64,000 bases of DNA from Bispira polyomma (taxonomy: Eukaryota): assembly GCA_965649765.1 (NCBI GenBank), contig OZ287752.1, positions 62,682,001-62,746,000 on the forward strand. The letters run 5' to 3'. The position numbers were made by a program, and so were the translations under genes. Shown in pieces: positions 1-12,100 of this stretch (positions are counted from its first letter, which is position 1; every line of letters starts with the position of its first letter). The notes under the pieces were generated by a model, which saw nothing but the letters and a program-made list of their open reading frames with translations, did not search any database and was not told the origin of the DNA.

Positions 1-2197
1 ATACATTGCGTGCGTTTTTAATGAGATCTCTACTTTTTGCTTTTACCTGCAATTCCAGCTCATATTTATCCGTATTTGCTTGAGTACTACCTTTGGTACA
101 TAGAGGTATACTTTGTCGTTGTCGCTTTTGAATAGCTTGTGTGGTTGCCCTTGTGGCAGTATTTTGTTTGTCAATTTCAGTTATGTCACTTGCCAGAATG
201 TCAATAGGGACGGCCTTGTCCCCAAGGGGTGAAAATCTATTAGTGGTGGGAAGCACCCATTGTGAAGGGGGGTGTGATTTTGAAGCCATTGTTGGAGGAT
301 TTTGTTTAACTTTACCCTCCCCGCTGGCCAAACACCTTTTACCTGGGTTCTGGCAAGTGACATTTCTGTGATGCAATGAGGTCACCTTTTTGCGTTTAAA
401 CATGGGGGCCCTAGCCCGAATGTTTGTGCCATTATTGGCAGCTTTTGTGCCTGACTTTTTGACATTAAAGTCATCTGTACCTGAAATATTATTCACATTT
501 ACACATTGAATTCTACACACTTGTGCACTATTTACATCATTGTTTCAATCACTGACCACATTTCTGGGAAAACCAGAGCTTTTTAACACCTCTGCATACG
601 ACTTGTTTTTAAATCTAGCCCAATCGGACTGCCAAGACGTGCTGGCCTGGTGACCTTTAGTACTATTATACACAACCCTACTATGGAACTTTTTACTATG
701 GACAAGATCTTTTGCTTTTTCCACCGCTTTAGAGGATATGAGAATTGGCACTGCTTTATAGCAGTGCATTATTCATTTTTTGCTGGGTTTTTCCTACAAT
801 CCTTAGCAGGATGAGGGTAGAAACGCCCAGTCTTATGACACTCACTACAAACATGACTGTAAGTCACACCCCTAGTCTCGTGTTCCCCTTTATGGGGGCA
901 AGAACCTTTTTGGAAGTAGCGACAGGGAATAGTTTTGTCATGATTTTTCTTGGGGTTGCTGCTAGAATTTTGATTTTGGTTAATGACTTTTTGGGCATGT
1001 GCTCTTCGAATCCTATCCAGTTTATAAGAATCGCCCCATGAAACCTTTCCCTCCTCCATTTTACACAAAAGAACCGCATGGCTGCCCTTAGCAGCTGGCC
1101 AAGAAAAATCATGAGCGTCTTCCATAAGATCTGAGAGGTAGTCTAGCATGTGATTTTTGGTTTCAACATTACTTTCTTCCCGTGCAAGGCTGCGACTTAG
1201 ACGTACCTGCTTCGTTTAACAACACGAGCTCCTTCAACCGTGAGTCCACCGCCGTCTGTAGAGACTTTGATGTCCTGAGCATTTGCAGTGTGGGTACTAG
1301 TAACTCGTCAAGCGGGGCTGCCTGTGAAGTCTGCGTCAGCACTGGATCCACCACCGGGTTCACCACATAATCCACCACAGGATTGGCCAGACTCTGGGTT
1401 TCCCTCGAGGGCTGGGCTCTATGCTCGTTGTGATTAACCTTCTGCTCTACTTGTGTTATGCGCCCACTCAAGGCTCTCAGTTCATTAAGAATTTGCATAT
1501 TAATGTGGGCAGAGGTTACACCATCACTTTGAACAGAGTTCTGGAAATCTAAGTCAGTTTCTTCCTCATCTTCCATAATGTTATTACCAGTACAGTTCTC
1601 GTTTATTGGTCGGGTGTGGCTGATTCCACATTTAGTACAATCATACTCTTTCCTCGGGGCCATAGCCTCTAGATAAATACAAGGACTCGATCCCTTGATA
1701 CTTGCTACTATACGTGTTTAAACTAATTTATATGTCGAAACCAAGAATGATAAGACAACTTTTGATTTGATACTTTCCTTTAGAGGGAGCTCTACGAGCA
1801 GTATTATAGCAAGACTCAAGAGTGTGAGTTAACACGTAAAAACAGCCACAATCAGTCTGCGGATCCTTCCATAGTATACAACACTTGTTAGTAAGTTCAG
1901 CCGTAAGTCCTTTGCTGACACCACATATAATGTACGAGAATCATGTAAACTTTTAAAATCTAAAAAAAAATAAAGTAAAATATCCAAGATGGCGTTGTTG
2001 CCTATTTGACTTCAATGTAGAAAGTGCTGAAATTAGTGAAGAGGCGGGAAGAGAGGGGTCAGTTAGTACAAACTGACGAATTAGAAGAGGGGTACATAGG
2101 TCATGACCCCAGATGGTGAGTTAAGGAAAATACAGGAAGCACTGAACTACCTAGCCCCTGCGTGTCTATCCCGCAAAACTGAGCTACCTGTGTTATA
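1..2197 (-). mobile_element. Decayed tyrosine-recombinase (DIRS/Ngaro-like) retrotransposon, 5' part (5' end, gag, start of pol); runs off the left edge of the window
   Basis: gag-like ORFs 1169-1663 and 769-1149 resemble the gag of the intact element at 40458-41771 (SW..W, C-terminal CCCH+CCHC fingers). The 5' terminal hairpin motif at ~2132-2191 is shared with 7566-7610. Confidence 0.8.
769..1663 (-). pseudogene. gag-like ORF1 of YR retroelement, split by an internal deletion/frameshift near 1190
   Basis: N-terminal CTKCGISHTRPINENC knuckle and coiled coil, then GTSKSQ abruptly joined in another frame to AREESNVETKNHMLDYLSDLMEDAHDFSW. C-terminal CRYFQKGSCPHKGEH...CSECHK...H...C. Confidence 0.8.
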
Positions 2198-4049
2198 TTT
2201 TGCAATATTATTAAAACCTTGTCCTTACTTGGCAGCCAAGATCAATGCTGATTATCTGTACGGTAAATAGCATGGGAGAATGCAAATATTTTTTCCCCAA
2301 AGGATGGGTCCTAATAATGCTGTTATTGGCACTTTTTCAGAATTGTCACAAACGCGGAGGTTGATATAGACATTATAATTCAAAGCGTCTACAATTGGCA
2401 TTGAAAACTTTCAAGAGCAGAAATTAAGTGTTGCTAAAGCCTCTAGAATATATAATAGCCCAGAAGATATCATTAATAGTAATTAATACTGTCTCATTAT
2501 TGTGTACTATAATACTGTTATTGTCAGCTTTTTGACCTTGCCTTTTTGCGAAAACATATCAGGTTTTATGACATTGCTTGACATGCTTCTGTCTGTCCTT
2601 TTATTTCATACACTTTTAAATTACTCTTCTTAAATTATTTTGTGTGAACTGAAAATTTTTCTTATAAAGGTTAAGAGGCACTTTTTATGTTATTAGTGGC
2701 CTCCCTCCACTAAAAACAATCAAAACAGGTGCCGACTATTTTGTGAAGGAAAATAAGTTACTCCAGATAAATAATGTTCATTTGTTTTATGATTTATGGT
2801 TATTTTTACATATTTTATTGATGATACATATTTGAAAAACAGGGAATATTTTGGTAATGGTGAAATAATGGATTACTTGCATAGAACTGGAGTTTTTTGG
2901 GGTTTTCAACTGTTAGTGTGAAAACTGGTGCCACTAGGATAGATAATGTTTGGCAAAACAAAACTAAATTTGGTACAAAGATTAAAGTAACATTACAGAT
3001 TAATCATATGTATAAAATGAGTAGTTCAAAACTAAAAACAATGCTGTTTGATGTCATGTCTGTAATGCAGTACTAACTGATACAATGTAATTATGGAGCT
3101 GCCAACACAACGCTCAGTGCAATTATTTGTGGCATTATGGTACAGGGAGAGTCTGCAGTAAGAGTGCATAAGTAATTATAGGATGGGCAGTTTAATAGAC
3201 AATGGAGCTTCTATGTCCTAATGACTCTGTGTTTCACCCATACCAACAAGACCTTCTTAGCATTTAAATAGAGATTCTGGTTGCTGTGAATGTACACTTG
3301 AACGGCTCACCAGAGTCCCATAAATAAGGTCTGGCTGATAAGCAAAGAGAACAAAGGCCAAAATAGTAATCATTTCGTTGTTTCTCCCCCTAAACATGGC
3401 TTAAATCAACACCCCAAACAAGAGGTTATCATTAAGAATTTGGGTAGCAGCTAAATAGCAGAATCTAGGTACTGTCGGGGCATCAAGCAAGATAAGTAAT
3501 GTAGCTTCTGAATATATCAATACAAAGGTTATAATATTCAATATGAAGTTATACAAAATGCATTACTAATTTTAAACACTACTTTTAGAAAATGATATCT
3601 TTTATTAACACGCCCTTTAGGAGAGGTTATTGTTTTCGGTCTGTGTGCGCATGTGTGTGTGCCTGTGTGTGTACAAACCATTATTACACAAAATCTACCG
3701 TATAAAATGCGTTAATATTTACAGATATGTTTCAAACTGCAGACCTCTACATTTGTGCCAAATTTTATACAAATCAGTTGTGAACTGCAGCTTTAAGACG
3801 AGATTTCCTTTTTTTTATATACAAAACTACCACTGAAGATCTGTTTGCTTCTGTGCCATACATAAGAAAAGAACACAGCGTTTGGCAAACGGAAGCTACA
3901 CAACACTGAGATCGGAGATCATTTGCATAATAATAAACCCCGAAAACAGCGCTCGGGGATGTATGACCCAATTTGCATACAGCGAAAACAACGTTCAGCA
4001 AACCGAAGCTACACCGACTCCAAGAACACGTCATTAACACACGATTTCT

Positions 4050-5187
4050 TATTATGACGTCACAATCTAGCACGAATGGTAGTGTACATCTCTGATGTAA
4101 TATATGGAGTATATCAGGCAGAAACGGCCCATTATATTGCATGTAAGGTGTACTTTACTTTAAAATATGATGTTAGGGCTATTTGGTTGAATATATACCC
4201 ATTTATATTTATTTGGCTGAAATGACAGCATGTTTAGATCACGTGTCCATATTTGAATGGCCAATCAGTCTGTGTGTGTGGGTATAAAAGACAGAAATGG
4301 CGATAAGTAAATATTTCTAAAAATTAAATAGTACAACATAATAACCCTATCAGGGAGTTGTCCTGACATATCGTGTTCAATCAGGACAATCGCGGTCACT
4401 CGTGCAAAATAACTAACATTAGAAAACCTCTACGATTTGATGATCTGTAGACTTTAATCGCGGTCTATCCGGGTCAATTCTAAGCTGCTAACAAGTTATC
4501 CTAACCTTATAACGACCTATCTTTCTGATCGGCATCTAAAGCGGAAGAAAATAATTGCCATTTTGAAAAAAATTAATTGCCCATTCCGTCCCGATTAGTC
4601 GGAAGCATTACGAGTTATCGTCTACTTCTCCTGAGTTATCCTGTCAAATGTTAAGGATAGATCTTTAGAAATGCCCTGATTGTAATCATAACTCGGGAAA
4701 GTCATAAAGATAACTCCGGAGAAGCGGTCGATAAATCACAAAGAAGCCCTAACCGTAAAGATAACTGAGGAGAAGCGGCCGATAAATCTTAAATAAGCCC
4801 TGACTGTAAAGATTACTCGGGAAGATTAACGATAGGTCGGGCAGAACAAAAGATTACTCAGGAGTGGAAGCAATCACTCGTGGGGCAAGTGGGGGGCGGG
4901 ATCGGACTGTACCTGACCCGATCTATCTGGCTTTGCTCCTGACCTATCGTAACACTCAAAACCATTACGATTATAGTAGTTGGATGCAAAATTTCCTGCC
5001 TTTTTCTCAAAATCGGGACAAAATACTAACGATTGCTCCCGACCGCATTATCGGGGTCACCTCCCGATAGGTCTTGAATGTGTGACAGCAGCTTTACATG
5101 CAATAACATGGGCCGTTTCTGGCTGATATACTCCATATATTACATTGGAATGTACACTACCATTAGTGCTAGTTTGCGACATCATAT
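4050..5187. repeat. ~95-bp inverted repeat pair (4050-4146 / 5094-5187)
   Basis: aatggtagtgtacat...atatatggagtatatcaggcagaaacggcccattatattgcatgtaa is matched in reverse complement by ttacatgcaataacatgggccgtttctggctgatatactccatatat...gtacactaccatt. Confidence 0.85.
4340..5093 (+). mobile_element. Non-autonomous Harbinger derivative (MITE-like), left TIR lost
   Basis: 4340-4905 matches the left subterminal region of the element at 12270-13050. 4910-5093 matches 17590-17771 including the TIR GTGTGACAGCAGCT followed by TTA. Confidence 0.85.
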
Positions 5188-5232
5188 TGGGTTTACTATA
5201 GTATACTAGCCAGAAGCAGTTCATTTTATTGC

Positions 5233-5365
5233 AAGGTGTATTTTAGTTCAAAATAATAACTTGTAAGGATTTTTTTGGCTACATTACTCTCCTAAAATTT
5301 AATAGACATAGTGTGTATCTTCAACACAATAACCCTGACTTCATATTTAAAAGTAAAGTACACCT
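5233..5365. mobile_element. Small TIR element (AGGTGTA(C/T)TTTA...TAAAGTACACCT); another left end at 4146
   Basis: aaggtgtattttagttcaaaata at 5233, its reverse complement tatttaaaagtaaagtacacctta at 5344-5367, and a third copy at 4145-4183. Confidence 0.5.
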
Positions 5366-6879
5366 TACGCCATATATTAACCCCAATCGCCAATTTACAA
5401 GTCCACGATTTAAATTTTGAGGTTTTGCAGTCTCTGATTGCTATTTCTTGTTATTCATAATTAAGTTCCTGAAGAACACAAGAGCAGTAATATGATTCTA
5501 TAGTGTCAATACGTGGATAGGCATAAATGTTTAGTAAAACCTACTAATAGTGGTCACCATAGCAAATGAATTATACTCTTGGATTTTACAGAATTTTCGT
5601 CTGCTGATTTTGCTTCACCCCTATGTTTGCTGTTATAACTAAGATCTATACACGGGATGGCTGAAGATCCTGTGCGGTCTATTGTTCTATTCCTTCTGCA
5701 CTAATTTGGTAAAAAAAAATACCAACAATTCCTTAACTGCTGTCTTTTTTATCTATTGTCCAACCCCAAAAATCTGCTAGGTATCAGTTATATATGAGCA
5801 TTTATGTCTCTAACCTTGGTATTTTGCAACTCTTAAAACTCACAAGTTTAATATTATAAATATTGCATAAGGGCATGCAGGTGGCTGTGGGTTGCCATTT
5901 GCAGATTTGATGCTCTTAATCCTTTGTTATCGGCTGTTGTGTTTTTATTATTTATTCTTAAAGTTTTCCACACTAACACTATTAATTAGTACAAGAAGAT
6001 TAAAATACCTTTTATAATAAAAAAAATGCCAACAATCGTAATATAGCACAGATAATACTTGAATGCCTCTGACTAAGCATTACTTTGAACACACACAAAC
6101 AAAAAAATGAACATTGTCTGAATTTGATAGTCCCCCTCCAGGGACCATAACCCTTTGCAAAGTCTACTTAGTGCAGACATTAAAATGTGTCACTACATAT
6201 CATGGGAGTGACCTTATAGTTCTTTATGTATTCAAACTGAACTAACCTGTAGTGTTGATTTTGGAATTAATTGCAGATTTTCATAGACTACTAAAAGTCC
6301 ACCGTGTCTGTTATTTGTGGTAGAGTTAAACACTAGCACTTCAGCCTGTTTATTGGTGAAGTTATATTTTTGGCTTTTGTTTATGAGACACGCCTGCCTC
6401 AATAAAGTGACTTATGCCATTGTAAAAGCACACTTAATACGAGTAATGGACTCCTTGGGTTGCCTTAAATGGCAAAGGCCAGCTATCATTTAGATAGGTT
6501 AAGCTAGCCATATATAAATATAGATCATGGGAAAGACAGTCTTAGAGCAAGATGCTTCAAGCATAAAATAAACACTCTCTAATCATATAATCAGCAATGT
6601 GGCTTAGGAAGTATGTGATGGGATATTGCAAAGTGGTACAGAGTCAAAACAAGCAGCTAGGTGTTTTTTGCATCAACTTGCATTAGACAAAATTCAATTT
6701 GTGCTTTTGGTAAAGTAATAATGCTGCCTTTCTTTCTATATCCTTGCCTGCATATGTCCCAAAGCTAATATTTACATTTTGTCAGAACATGCTGAGCAAA
6801 TGAGACAGAATTTTGTTGTCCATTAGTAGACTCTTCAATGCAAATAGTATGATATCCAGTTATACCCACAAAATTTAAA

Positions 6880-9190
6880 AAAAAATAACTTTACTGTTAG
6901 TTATTTGCCCATTTTAAAATATTATATTTTCAAGTTTATTTAATGTTACTTCTGAGTAATGCTTTTTAAGTCATAGAGTGTTTTTAGACAATTTTGACAC
7001 ATTTCAAGTCAATTTTTCTGTTAGAGCAAATCAATGAAACAGCGCCATATTTACACAATGATTAACATACTGTACATGATCTTATCTGTGAAATTTTGTT
7101 TCATTACAAGGTTGTCCTCATATCGAAAAAAGGTGTCAAAATTGACACCAAACAATAAATTCCATAACTTTCACCACATGAACTGAATACAATAACATAT
7201 CATCTTACGATTATTAAAAGAGTATTTCGCTAAATGATTTAACTGCTGATGAAAAAACTTTTTCTGTATGTTGTGGGGCCCAAAACAGACCTTAGAGACA
7301 GTCTTCATTTTTCTTTAAATAACGACTTGAGCAATAGGATGTAATATAGCTTTAAAAAAGTGTAATTTTATTATTAGTGAAATTGCCCATTTTAAAAGAT
7401 TATATTTTCAAGTTTATGTAAACTTATGTTTCAGTAATGCTTGGAAATATTTCTATTTTAATCAAATATAGTCAAATCATTGAATATTTTGGACAATTTT
7501 GTCACATTTCCAATAATTTTTTCCATTGTAGCGAATCGATGAACCAGCACCATATTTAGACAATGTTCTAAGTAGACCCAACGGGGGTAGGAGGTTCAGT
7601 GCCGACCTGAAATATTTTTCTTAAAGCTATTCTGGTTAAAGTGACCTTAATTACTGATTGGATGGCAGTTGCCCTACATCCCCCCCTTAATTCCCGCCAA
7701 AACCCCAATAACCTCACTTTAAAATTAGAATTTGAAAGGGCAGAATGCTGTTAAAACTTTCAATTCCCCACCCTCATCCCCAACTTCACCTGGTTGTACT
7801 CTTTCTGCTCTGTCCGTGGGACCAATGCAGCAAGTAAGGTTCTGTCAGGCTCTCTTAACACTCATGGCGCGGGGGAGGGGGGGGGGGGTGCTGGACTTGG
7901 AGGTCAGGTCTTTGACCAGCAAGCAACATAGCTCTGCTGCGGGATTTCATCCTCCCCGTACAGTGAGATCCTCTCAGAGCTCTTCCCGCTTGTCTCTATC
8001 ATAATTACTGGATCACACTAGGCTCAAAATAGAAGCACACTTGTTCTGGAATTTAGTACAACCAGGAGTCGTCTGCATCCCATATAACTATTTGTGTGTT
8101 AAATCTAATGTTGTCATATATTGTATTTTAAAATGAAGTTTTAAACATTACAAGTTAGTGTATATGTTGTTAATCAGTGTTATGCCAGTTTCAGTTTGAG
8201 CGGAGGGTGTCAATGATAAGGGCTAAATGTGGTGGAGCAATCAAGCAAACAAAGCACACTCAAGCACGTCAAGCAAGCCTGCAGCATTAAATTATATTAT
8301 TCACATCTGCAACTACACATATGTATTCCAGTACAGAGCGCTATATGCAGCACGTAAGGTTCTGAGTAAGTTTGAGATGGTGCCTTGGACTCTGAAAAGA
8401 CTTTGTGATAATTTGCACCTTTTATTTTTATATAGTTTTTACTGTTTTAGCTAGATGGTGTGTCTGTTCATATTTTTTAAACATTTACTTTGTTATTGTC
8501 TTATCATGGTTATTGTCTCATATATCATATTTAACAAGCTTCAACTCTATCATTTTCTAATTTACTTAAGGTCAACTTATAGTCAAAACTCTTTGGAAAA
8601 CTTAAATAGTTAAATGTAAGGCCAGTCTTAAAAATTATGTAAATTCTTAAGGTTACCTTAAATTTAGTAAAAGTAATATCAAAATTTTAACTTTACGTTC
8701 ACCTAAAACTTAGTCGATTTCAAGTCACACCTAATGTGCACTTAGACTAAGATTACCTTTATCTCACTAAGTTGTTCTTAATTTATATAAAAAGTAACAA
8801 TTTTACCAGTTCATATATATGTGTAGAAGTAGATTAAAATATTATCCCAACTGCTTGTCTTACTCGAGGTCAAAAATCTAACTCAAAGTCAGGTCGCTGA
8901 TTTACACACTGTACATGATTTGATCTGTAAAATTTTGTTTCATAACAAGGTTGTCCTCATATCGAAAATTGACACCAAACAATAAATTTCATAACTTTGA
9001 CCATTTAAACTGAAAACAATAATAGAACATCTTGCGAATACTGAAATGGTATTTTATAAAACTACTGATGAAAAAGACTTTTCTTTATTTTGTGGGGCCC
9101 TAAACAAACCTTAGAGCCAGTACTCCGTTACTTCTGTTAACTTGAGAAATAGGATGTTATATAGCTGTAAAAAAAGTAAATTTAGGTAAT
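6880..9190. repeat. ~500-bp tandem duplication; second copy interrupted by the 7566-8899 insertion
   Basis: 6905-7060 matches 7382-7565, and 7061-7370 matches 8900-9185 (e.g. acaaggttgtcctcatatcgaaaa, gtggggccc, aataggatgt). Confidence 0.9.
7566..8899 (+). mobile_element. Non-coding derivative of the YR retroelement family (non-autonomous copy or solo terminal unit), no TSD
   Basis: Boundaries are defined by the paralogous empty site caatg|att at ~7056-7063. It starts with tagaccc...ggggtaggaggttcagtgc, homologous to the 5' end of the 1-2197 element, has ATTGG and TTCCCGCC motifs, and carries a palindrome array at 8560-8780. Confidence 0.7.
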
Positions 9191-12100
9191 CATTATCCTA
9201 ACTGCACCAGCCAGAAATTTTGTTGTATCGTTTTCCTGCCAATTAAGTATAAATGGTTGTTATTTTGAGGTCTATTTCACATTTGCAAATTTGCAAGCTC
9301 AAAGAATTTATCTTGCAATATTCTCTGCTTCTCAATTCATTTATAGACCTCTGAAGTTGATCTCTCAACAAAACAACAGTTTCAACCTTACGGCCAAATA
9401 ACTAAGATGACTTAAGCTTAAATTATGGTTCAAATCTACACAAAATGTTTTTTGGGTAGCAAATATGAACTTTACTACTGTTATAAATGTAACTGAATAC
9501 ATTCTATTGAACGGCGGCAATTAACTACTTGAATATGAGCACAAGTTTTATTTCAACTCATATCCTGTATGTATGTTCCCTTTCTTTAGTCAAGGCTTTT
9601 TGATTCTAAATTGAAAAAGCTGTGTAATTCTAGCAGTAGTTGTAACCAGAGTGTGATACAGGTGTATTTACTTTAAGGTATGCAAATGTATGAATTATAA
9701 TTCAATTCTTTCGTTTTATTTACAGTAAAACTACCAAGTCAAAGGAGCATCCACGTCATTGTCTGATTTTTACTACCATCACATCACACAATTGCTCAAT
9801 TATGTGATAGATTTCCAACATAACAACAAGTGTATTTTGCCATTTTGTTGTTATTAATACTATCCTAACATATAAATTATACAGACGGATCCTTCCTAAA
9901 ACAGTAAAATATGTTTTCATAAAAAAATACTTTATATTTAAATTATATTTCAAATGAGTCATAATCTCAAAAACATTATATTCTAATTTCGTATATTCAT
10001 ATGATTACAATAGCAGCATCATATCCAAAAAATTCCTTATTATCTATGGATAAAACCATCAGGAAATAAAAGCTTCCAGAAACAGTGTAAAAAATGAAAC
10101 CATAGATGAAGTCACTCAGATTTTATGTGTCAAACTCGATGGAGGTATGAATACCCAGTAGGTTGCCAGGAAGCAACATTTGGTACCAATTTCCGCCACA
10201 ATAGAGGACATAGATAAAAGTTTTGCCTTGGTATTTGACTTCATTAATCTTCTCGTCAAATACTCAGAAAAAGATGATATACTGCACAAACAGCTTCATT
10301 TGGACTTCACTGATAAATAGTCAATCTAAAGGGGCAAAATTCTATCTGTCATTCCTAGACAAGATGACGTCATCAAACTACATTCTCCTCAATATAATTG
10401 GTGGCGACCCTTATCCATCGTGGGTTATTCATCTATGGACATTTATTGACATAGACAATGTTCAAACTGGTAACTGTCAGAAATTCATGAGGTGCAGAAC
10501 TCTTGTCTATAGCTACAACTTTTGGATATCATATCTCCTATTTGATTTGAGATGTTCAGTTTAAGATGGCTTTTTACATAAGAGGCACTTTTCATTCCAA
10601 TACTACCCTCATTCAAATTACAGCAAATTTGATCATGGATTTCTACAGTCAACCATCGCGGTTTAAATAAGCTGATAACTTGCTTTAGTGATACCATGTA
10701 TCATCTCAAGCACAACATCACAATCAATAAACCATTAATCAAAATACATAGCCAAGTGGTCATCATCATTAAGTAGGTAATGGTGTGTACACATCATGCC
10801 CAAACATGTTAACCCCTAATGACTATTATAGTGTTAGCAGGAGTCAAACTAGGAACCTTCTGGATTACCAAACAACATCACTAGCCAGGAGTAGAACTAT
10901 GGAACCAACTCCCTAATGACCAAACCAACTTACAACTCCTAGGAGTACAATAACTCCCTATTGACAAAACCAACTCTTATGGAGTACAATAATATATTAC
11001 TACATACTTTTACATAGCAAGTCATGTTTTAATTCTTAAATGAAATCCTATAGCCAAGTTTACCAATATTTAAACATAATGTTTAAACATATTAATATGA
11101 GTGTGTATTAGTCTGTTTTTTTTTGTTGTTTTTTTTTGTTTTTGTTTTTTTTTGGGAGGGGGCTAAAGTCAGTTGACATTTTTAGAAATGTATTTCTTAT
11201 TCAAATTCTATAAATGTTTTTTTTTAGAAAAAATACACTACTATTTATAATATTAACAGTACCTTGATAGTTGAGTTAAAATTGCTTTTGTGTTCCCTTT
11301 TCTGACGAAATATACAAATCTCTCACAATATCTCAAATTATGGACTTACTATCTCGAAAAATAAACTCACTTATTTCAATTTATCAGCTTACTATCTCTA
11401 TAAATGGAGTTAAGTATCTCAATTTATTGACTTACTAAGTTAACAAATAAAAATAAATTAAACTTATTCTCCAATGCTTACGTATCCATAAAAGTATGCA
11501 ACTTATGTAATTCTATTTATAGAGATGCCATTTCAGTATCACCACAGTCTCAATAATACCTTCAAAGTACGCTTAATGTCATATTTCAGTAAAGACAAAA
11601 ATAGGGCATCAAATTAAACTGCAATTAACCACAACTGGTTCATTTCAGAAAAGAGTCCTGCCTTTTCATCAAATTTTCTGTCAAGCTTCGAGGTGACCGC
11701 AAAAATAAATATTTAGAAAGAATATTAAATGAAAATGTAGATTTAAATAGTAAGTTGATAAATAGAGATAGGTCAATTTATCGAGATAAGTCAATTAATC
11801 GTGATAATAAGTCGATAAATCAAAATAGCTTAGTCGATATTGAATATGTGTTATTGTTGAATAATAACACAATCATTTTATAGGTACGTACGAATGTTAA
11901 TAAAAAATCATACACTGATTTTTAAAGTTTCGAAAGCACCACTTCATTTTCTCCGATAGTCATTCAGCAGAATGCATATTTAAATTATGCATGGCAGCAT
12001 TATATTGTCATCAAAACTATTCTACAACTTGGTGTTGCATTTTATTACTACTTATTGCAATTTAAATAATGCATGGGATCATTAAATTATAACTAAAACT

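Noticed and set aside
9750-10720. Short ORFs and coding-like composition
   Set aside because: No recognisable motif or consistent splice structure; cannot be supported as a gene.
11300-11845. Loose inverted clusters of tatctc/gagata motifs, similar to 36120-36270 and 46770-46960
   Set aside because: Probably an old MITE family, but ends could not be defined.
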